Made by a program: the position numbers and the translations under genes. This document shows positions 14,758 to 18,947 of a stretch of 18,947 bases of DNA, piece after piece. The stretch comes from Oligoflexales bacterium (lineage in GTDB: Bacteria; Bdellovibrionota_B; Oligoflexia; Oligoflexales; Bog-1112). The DNA lies in assembly GCA_045105515.1 (NCBI GenBank), contig JBGCDR010000455.1, forward strand, positions 1 through 18,947. The letters run 5' to 3'. Each line of letters starts with the position of its first letter. The stretch's first letter is position 1. The notes under the pieces are model-generated. The model had not been told where the DNA came from. It ran no database searches and saw only the letters and a list, made by a program, of their open reading frames with translations.

Positions 14758-16869
14758 GTGATAAGATCACCTAAATTTCGCAAGTTAAGAAATGTTGGTT
14801 TAATTGCTGTTGGGACAAGTCTAGCTGCCTGTACATTATTTGAAAGCAAGAGTAGTATTAGTCAGCAGGAGCAAACAAAAGAGTTTCAATATTTAAGCGA
14901 AAATTTTGCTGATTTGAGGATTCTGCGCTATCGCAACCCTGATTTTGCTGATTTGAATTTAAGCCAGAAGAAACTCTCTTACTTTTTGTCAATGGCTGCT
15001 TTGTCTGGTCGTGATATAATTTGGGATCAAAATTATAAACATAACCTTAGTATTCGTCGGACTTTGGAAAATATTGTTAAAACATATGAAGGTGAAAGAA
15101 GTTCCGAAGCATTCAAAAAGTTCATGATATATGTTAAGCGTGTCTGGTTTTCAAATGGCATTCATCATCACTATTCTACTGATAAATTTGTACCTGAAAT
15201 CGATCAAGGATATTTAAAGAACTTGATTCTTGGCTCAGATCTTGAAAGTTTTCCTATTCAAGATGGTGAAGACCTTGCTTCATTTATAGATCGAATGAGC
15301 CCATTAATTCTTGATGAAAGCCTCGACGCTAAAAAGGTTAACCAAAGTCAGACAGAAGATCTCGTAGAAACATCTGCAGTCAATTTTTATGCAGGATTAA
15401 CGCAAGTTGAAGTAGAAGAATTTTATCGCAGCTTAATTGAAGCAAATCCTGATGATGTCACTCCAATTTCATATGGTCTCAATAGCAAATTGATCAAAGA
15501 AAATGGAGAAATAAAAGAATTAGTTTATAAAGTAGGAGGGATGTACGATAAAGCTATAACCCAGGTAGTTTACTGGTTGAAGCAAGCTGTGACCGTTTCA
15601 GAAACTGATCTGCAAAGGCAGTCATTAGAAAAACTCATTGAGTACTATGAAACCGGAGATTTGGAAAAATTTGATGCTTATAACATTTTGTGGGTTCAAG
15701 ATGTTGAGCCTCAGGTAGATGCTATTAATGGATTTATTGAAGTTTACAATGATCCCTTAGGAAAAACTGGATCCTGGGAATCTGTGGTTTCTACGAAAGA
15801 TCTTGAGTCTACTAAAAAATTTGGTGTCCTAAGTGATAGTGCCGCATGGTTTGAAGAACATTCGCCAATTGATCCTGCTCATAAGCGTGATGAGGTTACC
15901 GGAGTTTCTTACAAGATCATAAATGTGGTAATGGAGTCTGGAGATTCTTCTCCTGCAACTCCTATAGGTATTAACTTACCCAATGCTAATTGGATTAGAG
16001 CAAACCATGGATCTAAGTCAGTATCATTAGGTAATATCGAACAAGCCTATGAAGAAGCTGCAAAATCAAGTGGTGTTCTCGAGGAATTTTTCTTGCCTGA
16101 GCACATTGATATTGTGAGAAAATATGGAAGCATAGCAGATAGGCTGTCCACTGGATTGCACGAGGTAATTGGACATGCTTCAGGTAAGATTTTGGATGGA
16201 GTGGGAACTCCAAGTGAAACCTTAAAGCAATATGCAAGTACCCTTGAAGAAGCAAGAGCAGATTTGGTAGCTCTCTACTACATTGGTGATGAGTATCTCG
16301 AGCAGATTGGGGTTACGGAAAAAAATGGTGAGATAGCAAAGGCGTCAGATGTTATGAAAGCTGAGTATATTCAATACATAACAAATGGCCTTATGAAACA
16401 ACTGGCAAGAATTGATGAAGGGGATGTGATCGAGGAATCTCACATGCGAAACCGTCAATTGATTTCAAGTTGGGCTTTAGAACAAGGCAAGGCGGATAAT
16501 GTAATAGAAATTGTTAAAATGAAAGATAAAACATACTTCACCATTAATGATTATAATAAACTTAGAGAAATCTTCGGAGAGCTCTTAAAAGAAGTACAAA
16601 GAGTAAAGTCAGTTGGTGATTTCGACGCTGGACAAGCTCTGGTGGAAAACTATGGAGTTAAAATTGATCCTGAGCTTCATAAAGAAGTCTTAGATCGCTG
16701 GGGTAAGCTTAACCAAGCACCTTATTCTGGATTTATTAATCCGCAGTTACATCCAGTTTTTGATGAAAACAAAGAGATCATTGACATTACCATTAGCTAC
16801 CCTGAAAATTTTAAAAACCAAATGCTTTATTATGCAAAAGAATTTAGTTTCTTGTCTAATTATAACTAG
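14758..16869 (+). CDS. Dipeptidyl-peptidase III (peptidase M49 family), predicted lipoprotein
   Basis: HEVIGH hexapeptide zinc motif, EEARAD second motif, GIHHHYS, PIGINLPN and EESHMRNRQLI; N-terminal lipobox LAAC; GTG start with GGGAG SD. Confidence 0.92.
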   Translation: MIRSPKFRKLRNVGLIAVGTSLAACTLFESKSSISQQEQTKEFQYLSENFADLRILRYRNPDFADLNLSQKKLSYFLSMAALSGRDIIWDQNYKHNLSIRRTLENIVKTYEGERSSEAFKKFMIYVKRVWFSNGIHHHYSTDKFVPEIDQGYLKNLILGSDLESFPIQDGEDLASFIDRMSPLILDESLDAKKVNQSQTEDLVETSAVNFYAGLTQVEVEEFYRSLIEANPDDVTPISYGLNSKLIKENGEIKELVYKVGGMYDKAITQVVYWLKQAVTVSETDLQRQSLEKLIEYYETGDLEKFDAYNILWVQDVEPQVDAINGFIEVYNDPLGKTGSWESVVSTKDLESTKKFGVLSDSAAWFEEHSPIDPAHKRDEVTGVSYKIINVVMESGDSSPATPIGINLPNANWIRANHGSKSVSLGNIEQAYEEAAKSSGVLEEFFLPEHIDIVRKYGSIADRLSTGLHEVIGHASGKILDGVGTPSETLKQYASTLEEARADLVALYYIGDEYLEQIGVTEKNGEIAKASDVMKAEYIQYITNGLMKQLARIDEGDVIEESHMRNRQLISSWALEQGKADNVIEIVKMKDKTYFTINDYNKLREIFGELLKEVQRVKSVGDFDAGQALVENYGVKIDPELHKEVLDRWGKLNQAPYSGFINPQLHPVFDENKEIIDITISYPENFKNQMLYYAKEFSFLSNYN

Positions 16870-18695
16870 ACATTATAAGCTAGAGTATTACTTAAAGTTT
16901 CTTTGGCTAAAGGCTTAACTGAAGAGATTAAATGCTCTAGCTTTCCTTTTTTATGTTTCCGCAATAGTTTGACAAACTGATCGATGGTAAGTTTAAGGTC
17001 ATCTTGTAAAATTTCATACTCAGTTTTGATTCCGTTTCTTACAAACTCATCGAAAAGTATAATAGCTCTTGGTTCCTTTTTATTTAAACAATCAGCAACA
17101 ATCTTATTCCAGTGGAAAGTTCCCTCCTTTCTACTGCTGTCCCAACTTATATAAGGTCTCCAATCAAAAAATACTTCAGGTTGATTATTATCAAAAAACT
17201 TAGTCAAAACAGCTTGAGCAGTTTGATTTAAGCGTCCTTTGCTGTAAAGTCGTTTTAATATCTGTGCAGCTACAAGTACTTTGTCTTGCTCACTTTCAAC
17301 CTGACCTACAAACGGAACCTGGTTTGGAGCCGATTCTGAATGAGAGATATCATCGATGGGAGATAGTTTGACGAAGAATCGGTATAATTCTTCGAAGTCT
17401 GCATCTTCAGATGGGGGGTCTAAATTGAGTTTAAGGATGATACTTAAAATTTCCATGCGCAAAGTCCCAATATGGGAGGTGTTCAGACCTTCTACATCCA
17501 CGGGAGGAGCAGATTTTATATATTTAAGGTAGTAAAGAAAACCGATTACGCCAATTGCTACTCCAATACCTGTTCCTACTCCTGTAAGTGTCAATCCTAA
17601 CGAAGGTAAAAATACTACCCCAGCAATAGCAGCCAATTCATGAGCTGCTAGCAGACCTGTACCAGTTCCTACAAGTAAGCGTGAACTAATTTTAAAACTA
17701 CTATTCCAGGTTCTTTGAGATACTCGCTTATTGATAGATTTTTTGTATTCAGTTTTGAGAAATTTTGTAAAATTACTCACATTTAGCTTTTCTTGTTTAT
17801 CCAGTCCTAAATTGTCGTTTATTTTTTCTTGAAATTCTCTAGTAAATCCTTGCTCATGATCATAGAACAAATCATGAATAAGATCTGGAATTACTAACAT
17901 TTCTCGGTTCATACCCGGGATATTAAATGAACTAATTTCGCTTATTTTTTTTATTTCTTTTCCGGCCTCAAAAAGGCTTGTCGCTGAGACAATAAGGAGC
18001 CCCCCTGCAAGGAAATAATGGGCGACTGGTGCTAAGGAAGGAAAAAGGCTTATATGTCCAAGCATATGGCTCCCTCCTACAAAACCTACAAATTCTGCAA
18101 AGGTGCCTATGGAAATAAAAGTATTGATTTGAATACTTCTTTTTTCTTTTGCAATATACGCAACGATTTTATCTCTTAAGTCTGCAAAGAATTTTCTGGT
18201 TTGATGCAGCTCTTTTCGTTTAAGACGATTTATAGGACCCGAAAACTGCCTTAAAGCAGAATCAATAGCTTGAATTTTCATTCTAGTTTCGGCAAGGTAT
18301 CGTTCTGCGCTACCACTATCCTTTGCTGCATTGTAAATATTTATAAGACCTAGAACACAGCTTCCCAAGGCAAAAATTGAAGCAACAGACGATAATCCAG
18401 TAGCCATATTATCGCTGGTCCCTTGCATAAATCCAACTATCGCAGAATCTACTTCAAGAGACATAGCTTCCTGTGGTTGCATATAATGCTTATCAACAAT
18501 CATTTTATAATTAGGGTTCTTGTTAATAGTTTTCTTAACAAAGTTGCTAAAACCTTTACGTTTACGGAATTTACTTGTGATTTCATTTTTATTTGATACC
18601 TGCAATACTTGCTTCTGGTTATTCTGAGCGTAGGTATAGCTGAAGGGTGAAAGTATCAGTGAAAAGCTAGTAAAAAAAATTAGAATTGATCGCAA
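16866..18695 (-). CDS. Hypothetical exported multi-helix membrane protein
   Basis: 609 aa ORF, TTG start with GAAGGGGG SD, Sec-type signal peptide, about five Gly/Ala-rich hydrophobic segments separated by charged helical regions; no recognised family motif. Confidence 0.75.
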   Translation of the reverse strand: MRSILIFFTSFSLILSPFSYTYAQNNQKQVLQVSNKNEITSKFRKRKGFSNFVKKTINKNPNYKMIVDKHYMQPQEAMSLEVDSAIVGFMQGTSDNMATGLSSVASIFALGSCVLGLINIYNAAKDSGSAERYLAETRMKIQAIDSALRQFSGPINRLKRKELHQTRKFFADLRDKIVAYIAKEKRSIQINTFISIGTFAEFVGFVGGSHMLGHISLFPSLAPVAHYFLAGGLLIVSATSLFEAGKEIKKISEISSFNIPGMNREMLVIPDLIHDLFYDHEQGFTREFQEKINDNLGLDKQEKLNVSNFTKFLKTEYKKSINKRVSQRTWNSSFKISSRLLVGTGTGLLAAHELAAIAGVVFLPSLGLTLTGVGTGIGVAIGVIGFLYYLKYIKSAPPVDVEGLNTSHIGTLRMEILSIILKLNLDPPSEDADFEELYRFFVKLSPIDDISHSESAPNQVPFVGQVESEQDKVLVAAQILKRLYSKGRLNQTAQAVLTKFFDNNQPEVFFDWRPYISWDSSRKEGTFHWNKIVADCLNKKEPRAIILFDEFVRNGIKTEYEILQDDLKLTIDQFVKLLRKHKKGKLEHLISSVKPLAKETLSNTLAYNV

Positions 18696-18947
18696 GCTGT
18701 TCCCCCTTCATCTAATATTAATGGGACTTTGGCCATATTGCGGTAAAAAAAAATTAATGTCTAGTATTTAGGAATAATGCATGTATAAAAATTGAGTTAA
18801 GTATAGAATAGAGTTGTCTAATTTTTTAACCAGCTAATATTATTATTTTATATGATTATTATGTAAATATTGATAAGCTGATCCCAAACGTAATTCTGGG
18901 AGGGCTTGATATGTTTATTTTCATGTTACCGGAAAGACAAGTGAAAT

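Noticed and set aside
933..16255. Remaining short antisense or alternate-frame ORFs nested in gloA, fliK, the hydrolase, rpmA, obgE, nadD, rsfS, mutS, dksA, the lipoprotein and DPP III
   Set aside because: Shadow ORFs of well-supported genes, with no motifs of their own.
18696..18947. Very AT-rich terminal stretch with a small TCCCA/TGGGA dyad near 18881-18901
   Set aside because: Consistent with ordinary promoter DNA; no riboswitch, RNA gene or repeat pattern I can support.

Overview
An ~40% GC bacterial chromosome segment. It is mostly housekeeping; gene content and protein style suggest a flagellated delta-type (Oligoflexia/Bdellovibrionota-like) organism, which is inference only. The first 184 bp are the left end of an IS21-like insertion sequence on the minus strand: four 23-24 bp TGGGTCA-core repeats, a terminal TG, and the first 11 codons of a probable transposase whose SD is hairpin-protected. 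This element interrupts a lipoprotein gene. Next come gloA, a sigma54-type fliK-flgD pair with no flgE, an alpha/beta hydrolase, rplU-rpmA-obgE-nadD-rsfS, a cluster of REP-like palindromes, a ComF-family gene, mutS, a one-cysteine DksA, an orphan lipoprotein, a lipoprotein dipeptidyl-peptidase III and an orphan secreted multi-helix membrane protein. I found no CRISPR array, rRNA, tRNA or clear multi-gene novel system. The strongest unexplained signals are the IS end architecture, the intergenic palindromic repeats and the orphan exported proteins.
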